The notes: generated by a model from the sequence alone, not told the origin. Numbered from the stretch's first letter, positions 48,657 through 59,138 are shown. The stretch: 64,000 nucleotides of DNA from an uncultured virus (IMG/VR IMGVR_UViG_3300047550_002736) (IMGVR_UViG_3300047550_002736); one strand, 5' to 3'. A program made the numbers and translations.

Positions 48657-50912
48657 ATGGACAAAGCATATCCGATCAAAATAGGAAACTCCGAGTATAT
48701 GGTGAGTGGCCCCGGCGATAGGCTTGGGACACCACCATCTGCTCGTGGTTTTAACCTTAAGGCATTTTCTTTAGGTTTGAAGAAGTTTGAGACTGTTTAT
48801 CGAGCATCTGAAGAAAATGGTTATGCTTTTATCATTTATGCAGACGGTGATAAAAAATTGATCTTAAAAGGTGGTCAAGGATCGGATCATAAAGAAACTG
48901 TTATGGCTGGTAGTAAAGAATTACAAGACATCAGAAAACAAAAATATGCAGATCAAGATGATATGGTATTTTTGAGAAAAACATGTTTGAGTGGTCGTGC
49001 TTGGCTTGTAAATCTTCAGAACAAGAACTACTATTTTGTGGGTATTTGGAATACATCCATTACACAAAACCAATATGACGCACTCAAAGAGTATCTTACC
49101 AAGTTTCCATCCAGTGCAACATATATTCAAATGGGTATGGCCGGAACTGGTCCATCAAGCGAATTTCAGTTGGTAAGTGGATTTAGCCCAAAGATATCCT
49201 CTGAAAAACCAAAGTTATCAAAGAAAGAAAAAGAGTTCGTAAAAACAGCACACATGAGAACATCAGAGTTGCCTGCTGGTTACGCAAAAGCATTACAAAA
49301 ACTTAGAAATATGACTGAATCAAACGACGTAGCTATGACCAACTATCAATCATATCAAGCTTATAAAAATTATGCTTTGAAGTTGATATTCAAGTTGGAG
49401 AAGATTAAACTTCTAGGTAAAGCCAAAACCTCAGCAAAAGATATAGTGACTCAAAGTTCTGTGGATACAGTGTTGATTGGTTTGGGCGAACAATTTCCAG
49501 AATTGACCAAGAGGTTGAAAGACTTACACAAGTATTCGTTTCATTATTCAGATTTGACTAAATTACACCAAAAGGGAAAACTTGATGTCAAGAACTGGAC
49601 AGATTCTTCGTTGAATGAATTGACTAAAAAACAATGGATGAACTCTATGTCTACTGGAGTCGGTAATCCAGACCATCCTATTAACTCTGACGTTAAAGAT
49701 CATGTTGGCAAGTTAAAAGCAGAAAATGCTGAAATGGCTCAAAGTGACGTTACGAAACTAATTGATTACAGTGAAAAACTACAATCAATGTTTAACGTCA
49801 GTGATAATTTAGAAGACTGGGTAAAGGCTAAGTTGAATCATGCTTGTGACTATGTAGCCACAGTTAGAGATTATTTGAAATTTTATCAGGACGAAAAAGA
49901 GGCGGGAACTCCAATTGATCAAATCAACGAAAAGTGGTCTATGAAGTATAAGAAAAGCATAGATTGTAACAATCCAAAGGGGTTTGGTCAAAAGGCTCAT
50001 TGTAGAGCTAGAAAATTAAGACAAGCTGGTAAACACACAAAAAGTAAACCAGTAAGAGAAATTTATAAAGAAGTAACGAATCAATTGTTGAAAGAGTTCA
50101 ATAGTAGTATGGCTATGGGTGCGTTGAAACAAATCAACAATGACGCTAAAGAGTTAGAATCAATGTTGCAACCAAATTCTGAGTTGGAAGATTGGGTAAA
50201 AGCTAAGTTGAACTTGGCCGGTGAATACTTGGACGATGTGTATCACCACCTAGATCACTTTGGTCCAGAAGGTAGAAAGCTGGACGAAGTGGAAGTAGAA
50301 GAAGGTTTAAAAGATTTAGGTCTTGCAGCATTACTTGGATTCGGCGCTTTAAAAGGTGTTGATGCACAAGCCGCCGCTGCAAAAGTTGCTGGTGCTAAAC
50401 CAGCTATTACACAAACTGCACAAAAGTCTTCATTTGTGTTGAATCAATCATTTATTGACTACATTAAACGTGTAGAAAACGCTGGTAAAACTGGATTTAA
50501 TAAAAAGAAAAACTTATGGTTTCCTCACAAAAGTTTTGAGGGCGGCAGCGATACGATTGGATACGGACATAAGATTCAACCAGGTGAAGATTTCAGCAAA
50601 GGTATTACAGATGCTCAAGCCGAAGCATTGTTGAGAAAAGATCTGCAAAAGGCACAAGCTCAAGTCAACAAAGAATTGGGTGGTAGACCATTAAATCAAA
50701 AACAAATGGAAATGTTTGTTGATTTTGTGTTTAACATGGGAACTCTCAAGAAGTTTCCAAAGTTTACTCAAGCAGCATTGAAAAACGATTTGACAGGTAT
50801 GAAGGCTCAATACAAGCGCAATGCTGGTGGCAGAGAACTCACAGGTCGCAATACAGCATTCCTACAAAGATTTTTGACCGAATACTTTGGATTTAATTAC
50901 GCAATTGGTTGA
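48657..50912 (+). CDS. modular protein with C-terminal phage lysozyme (GH24-like) domain
   Basis: IKRVEN...EGGSDTIGYGH, ITDAQAEALLRKD, VDFVFNMG; two LEDWVKAKL repeats. Confidence 0.8.
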   Translation: MDKAYPIKIGNSEYMVSGPGDRLGTPPSARGFNLKAFSLGLKKFETVYRASEENGYAFIIYADGDKKLILKGGQGSDHKETVMAGSKELQDIRKQKYADQDDMVFLRKTCLSGRAWLVNLQNKNYYFVGIWNTSITQNQYDALKEYLTKFPSSATYIQMGMAGTGPSSEFQLVSGFSPKISSEKPKLSKKEKEFVKTAHMRTSELPAGYAKALQKLRNMTESNDVAMTNYQSYQAYKNYALKLIFKLEKIKLLGKAKTSAKDIVTQSSVDTVLIGLGEQFPELTKRLKDLHKYSFHYSDLTKLHQKGKLDVKNWTDSSLNELTKKQWMNSMSTGVGNPDHPINSDVKDHVGKLKAENAEMAQSDVTKLIDYSEKLQSMFNVSDNLEDWVKAKLNHACDYVATVRDYLKFYQDEKEAGTPIDQINEKWSMKYKKSIDCNNPKGFGQKAHCRARKLRQAGKHTKSKPVREIYKEVTNQLLKEFNSSMAMGALKQINNDAKELESMLQPNSELEDWVKAKLNLAGEYLDDVYHHLDHFGPEGRKLDEVEVEEGLKDLGLAALLGFGALKGVDAQAAAAKVAGAKPAITQTAQKSSFVLNQSFIDYIKRVENAGKTGFNKKKNLWFPHKSFEGGSDTIGYGHKIQPGEDFSKGITDAQAEALLRKDLQKAQAQVNKELGGRPLNQKQMEMFVDFVFNMGTLKKFPKFTQAALKNDLTGMKAQYKRNAGGRELTGRNTAFLQRFLTEYFGFNYAIG

Positions 50913-50915
50913 TAT

Positions 50916-51266
50916 ATGGATGACTGGCCATCAATCAACTCTAATATGTTTGTTAGTATGGCAAATATGGGTGCTATGCAAACCCGAGTAATGGCTAAAT
51001 CCAATGATTCTGGGTTCGACCCCTATCAAACCATGTTGAATAGGAAAAAACGTCAGGAAGACCCCATTATGGACCAGAAACCAGTGGTTAAACAACATAA
51101 TGATGGTGACATCAAAGCGTTGGAAGAATTTTGTCAACAATATGGTATTCTTGGATTTAATTGTGGAAATATGAGTCCAAAGGCCGCTTTGACATTTTTA
51201 AAAGCAAAAATGGGTGTTAGAGAGACAGAAACACCTAGTTATAGTAAGAAAGTGTTATATGGATAA
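50916..51266 (+). CDS. hypothetical protein
   Basis: 116 aa ORF. Confidence 0.55.
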   Translation: MDDWPSINSNMFVSMANMGAMQTRVMAKSNDSGFDPYQTMLNRKKRQEDPIMDQKPVVKQHNDGDIKALEEFCQQYGILGFNCGNMSPKAALTFLKAKMGVRETETPSYSKKVLYG

Positions 51267-51933
51267 AACAGATTGCCCACTAGATAAAGTAGCAGAAGGT
51301 AGTAACTTTGCAACAGACAAATCAAAATACGGTCACAACTATAATAAAATTTATAGTAAATATTTTGAAGAGTTTCGTGACGATTCAATCAAGATATTAG
51401 AAATTGGAGTTGCTTCTGGTGAATCAGCACAAATGTGGGCAAAGTATTTCACCAATGGTAAGTTTGTTTGTATGGATCATGACATAAAACATTATGCATA
51501 TCCACCAAATGATCGCATAACCATTGTAAAGGGAGATCAACGTGACACACAGTTGCTACAAGAACTCAATTCAAAATATGGTCCATTTGATATCATTATT
51601 GATGATGGTTCACATATTGATGAATATACCAAGATTAGTTTTGATATATTGTTTCCATTATTAAAATCTGGAGGTTTGTATATTGTAGAGGATTTACACA
51701 CATCATATCACGATGTTGTTCATGGTATAGAAAACAAACCAGTGTTTATAAATTACTGTAAGGAGTTGGTTGATTATGTTAATGCACATGGTTATTGTAT
51801 GTCTGGTAATTTATTGAAATGTTCTGAGAATGTGGACTATCAATATTGTGAACATCGCAAAATAACAGAAATGGATAAACTCATAGAATTTATCCATTTT
51901 TACAAAAGTTTAGTTTTTATTAAAAAGTATTAA
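51259..51933 (+). CDS. class I SAM methyltransferase (sugar O-methyltransferase-like)
   Basis: TDK...HNY, ILEIGV, GDQ, FDIIIDDGSH, GGLYIVEDL. Confidence 0.85.
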   Translation: MDKTDCPLDKVAEGSNFATDKSKYGHNYNKIYSKYFEEFRDDSIKILEIGVASGESAQMWAKYFTNGKFVCMDHDIKHYAYPPNDRITIVKGDQRDTQLLQELNSKYGPFDIIIDDGSHIDEYTKISFDILFPLLKSGGLYIVEDLHTSYHDVVHGIENKPVFINYCKELVDYVNAHGYCMSGNLLKCSENVDYQYCEHRKITEMDKLIEFIHFYKSLVFIKKY

Positions 51934-52205
51934 CAACTTGCGGAGTCAAGAAATTGAATCTTTTGACTCTTTAATTCACTTGGTAATAATTCTTGCAGAG
52001 GTTCCAGACAGTTTACACAGTATGGAATTGTAATTGGAACCAACGCATCTTTATCTGTTCCAGCCAAAATCTTGCTTACCTTACGAAAGATAACACCATT
52101 TTGGAAAACAGTATTTTTGCATTCAGCACATTCTACAGCTGTTGTATCTTTGATACCAAAGTTTTGTTTTGGTTGTGGTAGATTTAATCCTTCTATTTTA
52201 TTCAT
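51930..52205 (-). CDS. small zinc-ribbon protein
   Basis: CAEC...CVNC. Confidence 0.6.
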   Translation of the reverse strand: MNKIEGLNLPQPKQNFGIKDTTAVECAECKNTVFQNGVIFRKVSKILAGTDKDALVPITIPYCVNCLEPLQELLPSELKSQKIQFLDSASC

Positions 52206-52208
52206 AAC

Positions 52209-52610
52209 TTAGTTTATTCCTTTTTTTCTTTTGTAATCTTCTAGAGCTGCATTGAGTGCTTCACTTGCCAATACACTACAATGAATTTTGACTGGGGGGA
52301 GACCTCCAAGTGCATCTACAATTTGGTCATTATCGAAATTCTTTTCCAAATCTTCGATGGTTCTGCCTTTTATAAGTTCCGTAGCCATAGAAGAAGCAGC
52401 AATTGCACTTCCACAACCAAACGTCTTAAATCTGGCATCTGTTATTGTATTAGTCTTTTCATCTATTTTAAGACTAATTTTCATAATATCACCACAAGCA
52501 GCGGCCCCAACTTCACCAACAGCATCAGCATCTTTTATATCACCCATATTTCTTGGGTTCATAAAATGGTCCATTACTGTATTATTGTATAATGTATAGG
52601 TTTCGCTCAT
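52209..52610 (-). CDS. iscU: Fe-S cluster scaffold IscU/NifU
   Basis: DHFMNPRNMG, ACGD, FKTFGCGSAIA, LPPVKIHCS. Confidence 0.95.
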   Translation of the reverse strand: MSETYTLYNNTVMDHFMNPRNMGDIKDADAVGEVGAAACGDIMKISLKIDEKTNTITDARFKTFGCGSAIAASSMATELIKGRTIEDLEKNFDNDQIVDALGGLPPVKIHCSVLASEALNAALEDYKRKKGIN

Positions 52611-52627
52611 ATAACCTATAAGTATAA

Positions 52628-53764
52628 TCAAGAAGCACTACGAGTCAAGTCATTCTTTACCATTTTTTCTACTAAATGTTCAAATGATGTCTTTGGATTC
52701 CATTTTAATTCAGTTCTTGCCAAATTACTATTACCTAACAACAGATCCACTTCAGCAGGTCTATAGAACTTTGGATTGATCTTTACCAAGACACTTGATA
52801 CAGCGTTCTTTTTTTCAACTTCGTCTTTAAGCATACTGAATTCTTCAGAAATACCATTGCCATGCCAAGCACCTTTAATATCAGCATGTTTGAATGCCAA
52901 TTCAACGAATTCTTTGATTGTGTGAGTTTCGTTGCTACTAAGAACATATTCTTTGATATCAGTTGGAGTATCTTTGAGTTCGGGTCTATACTTTTCTTGA
53001 TTTAACATTCTCCAGATACCGTCAACAAAGTCTTCCGCATCACTCCAGTCACGTTTTGCATATACATTACCAAGTTCAATTGGTTGAAATACTTCTTCAT
53101 TTTGAATTGCTTTTTTGATTCGTGCAACACCCTTAGTAATCTTGCGAGTAACAAACTCTTCACCTCTGCGGGTTCCCTCATGATTGAACAAAAGGCCTTG
53201 AACAGCATATAGGTTATAAGATTCTCTGTAGACCTTGACCAATTGTCGAGCTGCGCTTTTACTTGCCCCATATGGACTACGTGGACGAGCTGGATGATTT
53301 TCGTCTTGTGGTGTATAGGCTACGTTACCATACTCTTCTGATGAACCAGCATTATAAAATCTACATGTTGGTCTTTTTTGACGAATGGCTTCTAAAATAT
53401 GAATTACACCTGTAGTATTACATTCCCAAGTTTGTGCCGGAAAGTCCCAACTACTACCAACAAATGTTTGTGCGGCCAGATTAATAAAATAATCTGGTTG
53501 AATTTGTTCGATTGTCTTTGAGATACTGTGTGCGTCACTCAAATCAAAGTTGATCAATTGAAAACGTGGTTCATTTTCAAGATGTTTGATGTTTTCATGA
53601 TTTTTTATACTAAGTCTACGTGCTCCACCAAAAATAGTGTAATCCGTATTTTTTAATAGATAGTCAACCATGTGGCTACCATCTTGACCAGTAACTCCGG
53701 TCACAAAAACAGTTTTTTTGCCATTCATAAATTTTTTAGCATCTGATATGTTGTATATTTCCAT
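52628..53764 (-). CDS. gmd: GDP-mannose 4,6-dehydratase
   Basis: TGVTGQDGS, NLAAQ.FV, PRSPYGASK, LFNHE, FVTRKIT, RDW, RPAEVD.L.G. Confidence 0.95.
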   Translation of the reverse strand: MEIYNISDAKKFMNGKKTVFVTGVTGQDGSHMVDYLLKNTDYTIFGGARRLSIKNHENIKHLENEPRFQLINFDLSDAHSISKTIEQIQPDYFINLAAQTFVGSSWDFPAQTWECNTTGVIHILEAIRQKRPTCRFYNAGSSEEYGNVAYTPQDENHPARPRSPYGASKSAARQLVKVYRESYNLYAVQGLLFNHEGTRRGEEFVTRKITKGVARIKKAIQNEEVFQPIELGNVYAKRDWSDAEDFVDGIWRMLNQEKYRPELKDTPTDIKEYVLSSNETHTIKEFVELAFKHADIKGAWHGNGISEEFSMLKDEVEKKNAVSSVLVKINPKFYRPAEVDLLLGNSNLARTELKWNPKTSFEHLVEKMVKNDLTRSAS

Positions 53765-53775
53765 AAAACAGTTAG

Positions 53776-54258
53776 TTAGAGTTTATCGTCGTCGGTTTCG
53801 TCGTCGTCCTCTTCATCTAAATAGTTAGAATCATCGTCTGACCTAAATTTATATTTTTTATTAAAGTCAATGATGTCTTGATTGTTTATTTTATTGTTCA
53901 TCATCACAAGCTGTATGATAATTAATATTAGTTCAGTATTAAATTTTTCTTGTGATAAAATGTTGTTGAACATCATTGATATAGTGACCAACTTTTGTTT
54001 AAGTTTCTCTGGTATATGATCGAATGGTTCATTTGAATTTTTATTTATTATTAACCCAGGTATTTTTTCATTATTGATAGTATTTTTCATTTGAAGCACT
54101 ATCATCTGCTCTAATTTTTTATTCATTTCTTCTGGCGAATCACATGTTTTTTCCAATTTAGATTTTAATGTTTCTATATCAGCAGGATTTACTTTTTTAG
54201 CTACATTAAATGCTACCAATATTCCATGTTTTGCCAAAAGATGTGTAAATTTGTTCAT
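53776..54258 (-). CDS. hypothetical protein
   Basis: 160 aa ORF with acidic tail. Confidence 0.55.
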   Translation of the reverse strand: MNKFTHLLAKHGILVAFNVAKKVNPADIETLKSKLEKTCDSPEEMNKKLEQMIVLQMKNTINNEKIPGLIINKNSNEPFDHIPEKLKQKLVTISMMFNNILSQEKFNTELILIIIQLVMMNNKINNQDIIDFNKKYKFRSDDDSNYLDEEDDDETDDDKL

Positions 54259-54260
54259 TA

Positions 54261-55025
54261 TTAGAATCTTTGTTTCAATATCTTTTTACTATCTTGCAAT
54301 ATATCTGGATCAAAAAATTTTGGCCCTCTATTTATATATCCTTTACCAGATGTAAATGTGCAGTTATAACAAAGTAATCTCATGTTTTCCATTTTATGGT
54401 TTTTGTTGTTACCATCTTCAAAGTTTAATAATAAAGGTAATTTTCCATCCGTAAGTCTTCTTTCTCCAAACCCACATTGTTCACACTCAGGTTTTTTAAG
54501 GCCAGATCGTATTAATTTATCTTTGAGTCTATGAACTGGAAATTCAGGATACATACCCTGCACAATATCTGTTACTGGATACTTTCCCTTGTATGGATCT
54601 ATTGGACCTCTATATTTTCTTGTGGGATCATTTGGATCTTTTTTCTGTATTGGCCAGCCTGGGGTTTTATGAATACCATATAATCGAGCATATTTTTTAA
54701 ATGTGGGATAACTTACACCTAATCTGCGTGCTGCTTTACGAGCAGACGTGGATTTTTGTAATGCTTCTTCTACCTCACTTTGCATCAGAGGTTTTGTTTT
54801 GGGCCCAGACGATCCTCTTTTTGGATACAATTGATCGCCGAGTTCTTTGTCTAAATGAGCAATTTCTACACCTTTTTCTTTTAAAATTCTATATTGGTCT
54901 ACTTCTTTTCTAACATCATCACCAATATTATTAAGTGTATATAACTCTTCAACCTTAGCTTTTAGAGACTCTAATTCAGCCAATTTTTTATTAATTTCAC
55001 TTATGTCAAAATTTTCCATAATCAA
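54261..55025 (-). CDS. HTH plus degenerate HNH zinc-finger protein
   Basis: SARKAARRLGVSYPTFKKY; CEQCG...DGNNKN...ENMRLLCYNC. Confidence 0.65.
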   Translation of the reverse strand: MIMENFDISEINKKLAELESLKAKVEELYTLNNIGDDVRKEVDQYRILKEKGVEIAHLDKELGDQLYPKRGSSGPKTKPLMQSEVEEALQKSTSARKAARRLGVSYPTFKKYARLYGIHKTPGWPIQKKDPNDPTRKYRGPIDPYKGKYPVTDIVQGMYPEFPVHRLKDKLIRSGLKKPECEQCGFGERRLTDGKLPLLLNFEDGNNKNHKMENMRLLCYNCTFTSGKGYINRGPKFFDPDILQDSKKILKQRF

Positions 55026-55378
55026 GGTTTTAATGATGCTGATAGTGGTTCGTGAGCTAAATCTACCTGAACATTTTTCATGAAAATAGACCTAAGTGTT
55101 TCTGCTCTTTTGGGCATACTCGCATTTAGTAATACTTTGTATGTGTTAATATAACGTTCTTTTTCTTGTTCATTTGTTAGGTTATGACAAACCATAATAG
55201 GATTAACAAGCAAGTTTCCATCTGTTTCTTTCATGCTTTCAATCTTCATCTCCATGGCTCTAGTGCAGGCCTCAACATAACCATCATCAAATATACTACC
55301 ATCGACTTCAACAATTGATGACCAATCGGCAGTTAAAACTTTAAATTTTTTAATATTATTATTCTTTTTCTTTGACAT
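55022..55378 (-). CDS. hypothetical protein
   Basis: 118 aa ORF in operon. Confidence 0.55.
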   Translation of the reverse strand: MSKKKNNNIKKFKVLTADWSSIVEVDGSIFDDGYVEACTRAMEMKIESMKETDGNLLVNPIMVCHNLTNEQEKERYINTYKVLLNASMPKRAETLRSIFMKNVQVDLAHEPLSASLKP

Positions 55379-56981
55379 AAGTTAAATCTCCATCATTCAA
55401 TAAATCTAAATTTTCTAGTTTTTGATTAACGACTTTACATACTTCCTCTTCAACTGTATTTGCTACGAATACAATCTTTTGTATGCTTTTACTTTTGGCA
55501 CTGTCACGCCATACTCTACCAGTTGATTGTCTCATCAATACCGCAGAATAAGACGGACATATAAGTGACATTCTTGGATACTTTCCGTTCAAATCATGTA
55601 AACTTAAACCAGCACCACCAGCTGCAATATTTACCAAAATAACACGTTCTTTATCTGATTGAAAATCATCAACTGCTTGTTGACGTTTCTTATCACTAAC
55701 TACACCATTAACAATACACTTGGTGTTAAGGCGATCACTGAGTGCAGATATGGTCTCAGTAAAGTTACAAAATATTACTACACTCATACCATTTTCGAGT
55801 GCTTCCTCTGTCATTTCAATAATCAGCGGAACTTTAAACATCTCAACTTTCTGTCTGGCTCTAAGAATTGCAGTCATCTTGGTTTGACCTTTGTCTTTCT
55901 TGAGAAGTTTTTCTATCTTGAGAAGTTCCAAACGCATTTCATCATAAACCGTATTAATTCGATCAACATCTTCTTTATCCATTTCATAAGTTTCAGCGGA
56001 TATTTGACTCTCTGGGAAATTGGGAATTGTATCACGGGTAAGTCTGACTCCACGATTCACAAAAATATCTTCATGTAGTTTCATTAAAGATTTTTTGTCA
56101 CCAGTAAATTCTAATCCAAATCTACCTTTGACTACACCATGTTCATATACCCAGTTATAATATTGTTGATTGTTTTTAAATAACTGTATACCTTGACCAA
56201 CAGTTCGCAACTCAAGAGGATTGGTTGCCATAGTAGCCGAACAAAATAACATTTTATATCCAGCTTTTAATGCGGCCAAACATGTTTCACTATTTTTGGT
56301 CTTGGCATTTTTTAATTTTTGTGCTTCATCCCAAACAATCAAAGTTGACTTGGGTATCTTCCATACAAATTCTTTACGACGTGTATCTCTGCGTTTTACA
56401 TAGGACGCAATCATACTATCCGTCTTACCTATACGTAATGATTCATAATTAACAATACCAACACATCTACTCCACATCTTAAAATGGTTTTTGATGACAC
56501 GTTTCCAACTTTCTTTGACTGCTTTTGGACATACCACTAAAATATCCATATCTAACTCTCTCGCAACACCACAAGCAGTATAAGTTTTGCCAACGCCCAC
56601 ATCGCTACCATCAACTCCAGCACCCCATTTGGTTATGGATGACACCAATTTACTTACTGCATTAACTTGCCATGGTCGTAATCCATCTTGTTGTTTTACG
56701 TCATAATTTGGAAGTGGTTCTACCTTTTTGGATTTGACATCCGATTTTGATTTCTTTTCGGTAAATTCTTCAAGAGTATCTTTGGCTTCAATCAATACCC
56801 AATTTTCATCACGTTTTAATACACCAAAACCTTTATCTTTCATGGAAAATTTATTGACTTTCCACCAAGAAAAAAAATGAGGTCTATATTGTATCGGAAT
56901 TATCCATTCACGAACATAATATGATTTATCGTCTGCTTCTATTTTTATTGGATCAGACCACTTGATATCCAAATTGATCAT
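55359..56981 (-). CDS. superfamily 2 (SNF2-like) helicase
   Basis: LRPWQ, GVGKT, VNYE, DEAQ, SAT, AGGAGLSL, QSTGRVWR. Confidence 0.9.
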   Translation of the reverse strand: MINLDIKWSDPIKIEADDKSYYVREWIIPIQYRPHFFSWWKVNKFSMKDKGFGVLKRDENWVLIEAKDTLEEFTEKKSKSDVKSKKVEPLPNYDVKQQDGLRPWQVNAVSKLVSSITKWGAGVDGSDVGVGKTYTACGVARELDMDILVVCPKAVKESWKRVIKNHFKMWSRCVGIVNYESLRIGKTDSMIASYVKRRDTRRKEFVWKIPKSTLIVWDEAQKLKNAKTKNSETCLAALKAGYKMLFCSATMATNPLELRTVGQGIQLFKNNQQYYNWVYEHGVVKGRFGLEFTGDKKSLMKLHEDIFVNRGVRLTRDTIPNFPESQISAETYEMDKEDVDRINTVYDEMRLELLKIEKLLKKDKGQTKMTAILRARQKVEMFKVPLIIEMTEEALENGMSVVIFCNFTETISALSDRLNTKCIVNGVVSDKKRQQAVDDFQSDKERVILVNIAAGGAGLSLHDLNGKYPRMSLICPSYSAVLMRQSTGRVWRDSAKSKSIQKIVFVANTVEEEVCKVVNQKLENLDLLNDGDLTYVKEKE

Positions 56982-56983
56982 AC

Positions 56984-57286
56984 TTAATCACCCATTTCGT
57001 TTTTGTAACGTGAATTACGTTCATGTTCATGTATATTACAACGCTTTAAACGACCTCCCTTAGTTACAATACCAACATCAACTGTCTTCGACATCAATTC
57101 AGTAAAATACGCACCGTTGTCATCATCATAACCATGTCCCAAACTAACCATTTCAATCATAAATTCTTTTCTTGAAACTTTGTTTATTTGTTGACACATA
57201 TTTTCCAGATAATTGACAATTTCTGGAACGGAGTTTTTGAATATCATCTTTTTTGCGATATCATCTTTTATATAATAGTTGTTCAT
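56984..57286 (-). CDS. hypothetical protein
   Basis: 100 aa ORF. Confidence 0.55.
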   Translation of the reverse strand: MNNYYIKDDIAKKMIFKNSVPEIVNYLENMCQQINKVSRKEFMIEMVSLGHGYDDDNGAYFTELMSKTVDVGIVTKGGRLKRCNIHEHERNSRYKNEMGD

Positions 57287-57355
57287 ATAGAATCTTGTTT
57301 ACCATATAAATAGGCAAATATCAAGAACTATTAATATTATAATTTACGGATGTTA

Positions 57356-57952
57356 TCAATCTTTACTGATAGTGACGGGGGAATACATGTCACGATCAGT
57401 TTGTCCACGTAGTGTTTCAAAATACTTGACAAGTTTATTAACCATATCATCTGCGATTGGTTCTATCCAATCAGATGGATTAAATTCAGTTGTGCTTATA
57501 CCAATGTGTGATTGTTGCAAATTGCCTTTTTGAAATTCATCGTATAGAAATTTAGCTAAATCTTTTTTAAGATCTTCGGCATGATGTATAGTAAATATTT
57601 CACTCAATGCCTCTTTATAACTAACTCTTACAGGCGACTGTCCTTTGCCTCCACTGCCTTTTTCACCTCTACCCGCTGATCTTTGAGCTGCTTTCTTTCT
57701 TCTCACCCAATTAGCAATAGCTTTTTTACCACCTTTTGCTCTTAGTCTAGCAGCATATTTTTTACCCAAACAAGCACTATAACTAGCTCCCTTTTTTGCA
57801 TCTCCACATTTACCAGCCTTTTTACCACTACTATCATATCTATCCCAACCACCACCAGTTGAACTACCTACCGATCCTTTACCAAACCACGCACGTAAAC
57901 CACCACGGTAGGTTTCATTGATTTGTTTTTCGTATTTGGAATAAACATCCAT
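57356..57952 (-). CDS. basic phage protein (DUF5872-like module)
   Basis: GGLRAWF...W...CG......C...RRKK. Confidence 0.5.
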   Translation of the reverse strand: MDVYSKYEKQINETYRGGLRAWFGKGSVGSSTGGGWDRYDSSGKKAGKCGDAKKGASYSACLGKKYAARLRAKGGKKAIANWVRRKKAAQRSAGRGEKGSGGKGQSPVRVSYKEALSEIFTIHHAEDLKKDLAKFLYDEFQKGNLQQSHIGISTTEFNPSDWIEPIADDMVNKLVKYFETLRGQTDRDMYSPVTISKD

Positions 57953-58046
57953 ATTCTATTATAAATATGAAATGTCAAACAAATCTATTGGTTTATTTTT
58001 GATGGATATTCAACGCAATTACATATTTATATTTATAATTTGAAGT

Positions 58047-58457
58047 ATGCCAAACAAATATGACATAGTATTTCAACAAAGAGATCCGTTAAATACAAAA
58101 TTTATAGAACGTGTAGTCTCTGGATCTAGTTTAATTATCCAAACAAATGCTCAAGGCGTATTGGTTGGTAGTGATAATCTTCCACCATTTAATATTTCTG
58201 GAAGTGTAATATCCGCATCAGGTCTATTTGTTGACGGGCCATCCAATTTGGGAGGTGGCGGCGGATCAACAGTAATTGTCAATCTTATATCGCCAACCGG
58301 ATCTTTTGATAACCTATATTTAAATCCAAATAATTCTGTTCCAGCTCCACTTAGTAGCAGTGATTCTGGAACTGAAGGTGAATTGAGAACAGATAATAAT
58401 TTCTTATATTTATATTTGAATGGTGCATGGAGACGTTCGCCTTTTACTTTGTTCTAA
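58047..58457 (+). CDS. putative virion structural protein
   Basis: SGS-rich; APLSSSDSGTEGELRTDNNFLY...WRR resembles tail-fibre C-terminal modules; tandem TATTTAT upstream. Confidence 0.5.
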   Translation: MPNKYDIVFQQRDPLNTKFIERVVSGSSLIIQTNAQGVLVGSDNLPPFNISGSVISASGLFVDGPSNLGGGGGSTVIVNLISPTGSFDNLYLNPNNSVPAPLSSSDSGTEGELRTDNNFLYLYLNGAWRRSPFTLF

Positions 58458-58467
58458 GAACTTTTCA

Positions 58468-58483
58468 AAAGACGAACGTCTTT
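58468..58483. terminator. short hairpin between convergent genes
   Basis: aaagac-gaac-gtcttt. Confidence 0.4.
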
Positions 58484-58484
58484 G

Positions 58485-59129
58485 TTATGTTTTAATCAAG
58501 AAATGATGCCAATCAATGTGTTTCGCATCTTTAATTAGAGCATATACTGGAACAGGTTGAGGAGCTATTGGTTGTTTGAGCAACTTCAAACCTACCTCAC
58601 TATTCATACGATTACCCTTCTTAGAATTGATATCTTTTGAACACAACACAAGATTGGTCCAAGTATCAGCACCACCCTTACTACGAGGAACAATGTGGTC
58701 AATAGTAGCAGAATTACGATCAATCTTTTTACCAGAATATTGACACACACCACCGTCACGGGTATAGATTGCATCTTTACTAGGCTTGCCTCTAAAGTGT
58801 TTTACAGGCATTTTATTAAAGTTGGTAGCTATGATAACAGTGGGAACACGAATTATCATAGTAGGAGTGTTGATACTCAAATCCCAACTACGAACTGGTA
58901 GCTTCATCCACTCAGTCCATGACACGGGATTCATGCTCTTAGGATCGTCTAAGATAGGATCACCATTGTTATCAATATCATAGTCGATATCTAATGCTAA
59001 TGAAGAGGGCTTTCCATTGGCATCACAACCACAAAGATCCACAATAGCATCCTTGACGGTCTTGAAACCAACTGGCTGCCAGTTAGCATTAAGATTCAAA
59101 CAGATTAACTTGTTTACAACACTATTCAT
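58485..59129 (-). CDS. HNH endonuclease
   Basis: LNANWQP, RVP.VI, IYTRDGGVCQYSG, TIDHIVPRSKGG..TWTNLVLC...N.KKG. Confidence 0.92.
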   Translation of the reverse strand: MNSVVNKLICLNLNANWQPVGFKTVKDAIVDLCGCDANGKPSSLALDIDYDIDNNGDPILDDPKSMNPVSWTEWMKLPVRSWDLSINTPTMIIRVPTVIIATNFNKMPVKHFRGKPSKDAIYTRDGGVCQYSGKKIDRNSATIDHIVPRSKGGADTWTNLVLCSKDINSKKGNRMNSEVGLKLLKQPIAPQPVPVYALIKDAKHIDWHHFLIKT

Positions 59130-59138
59130 AACTTCTCC

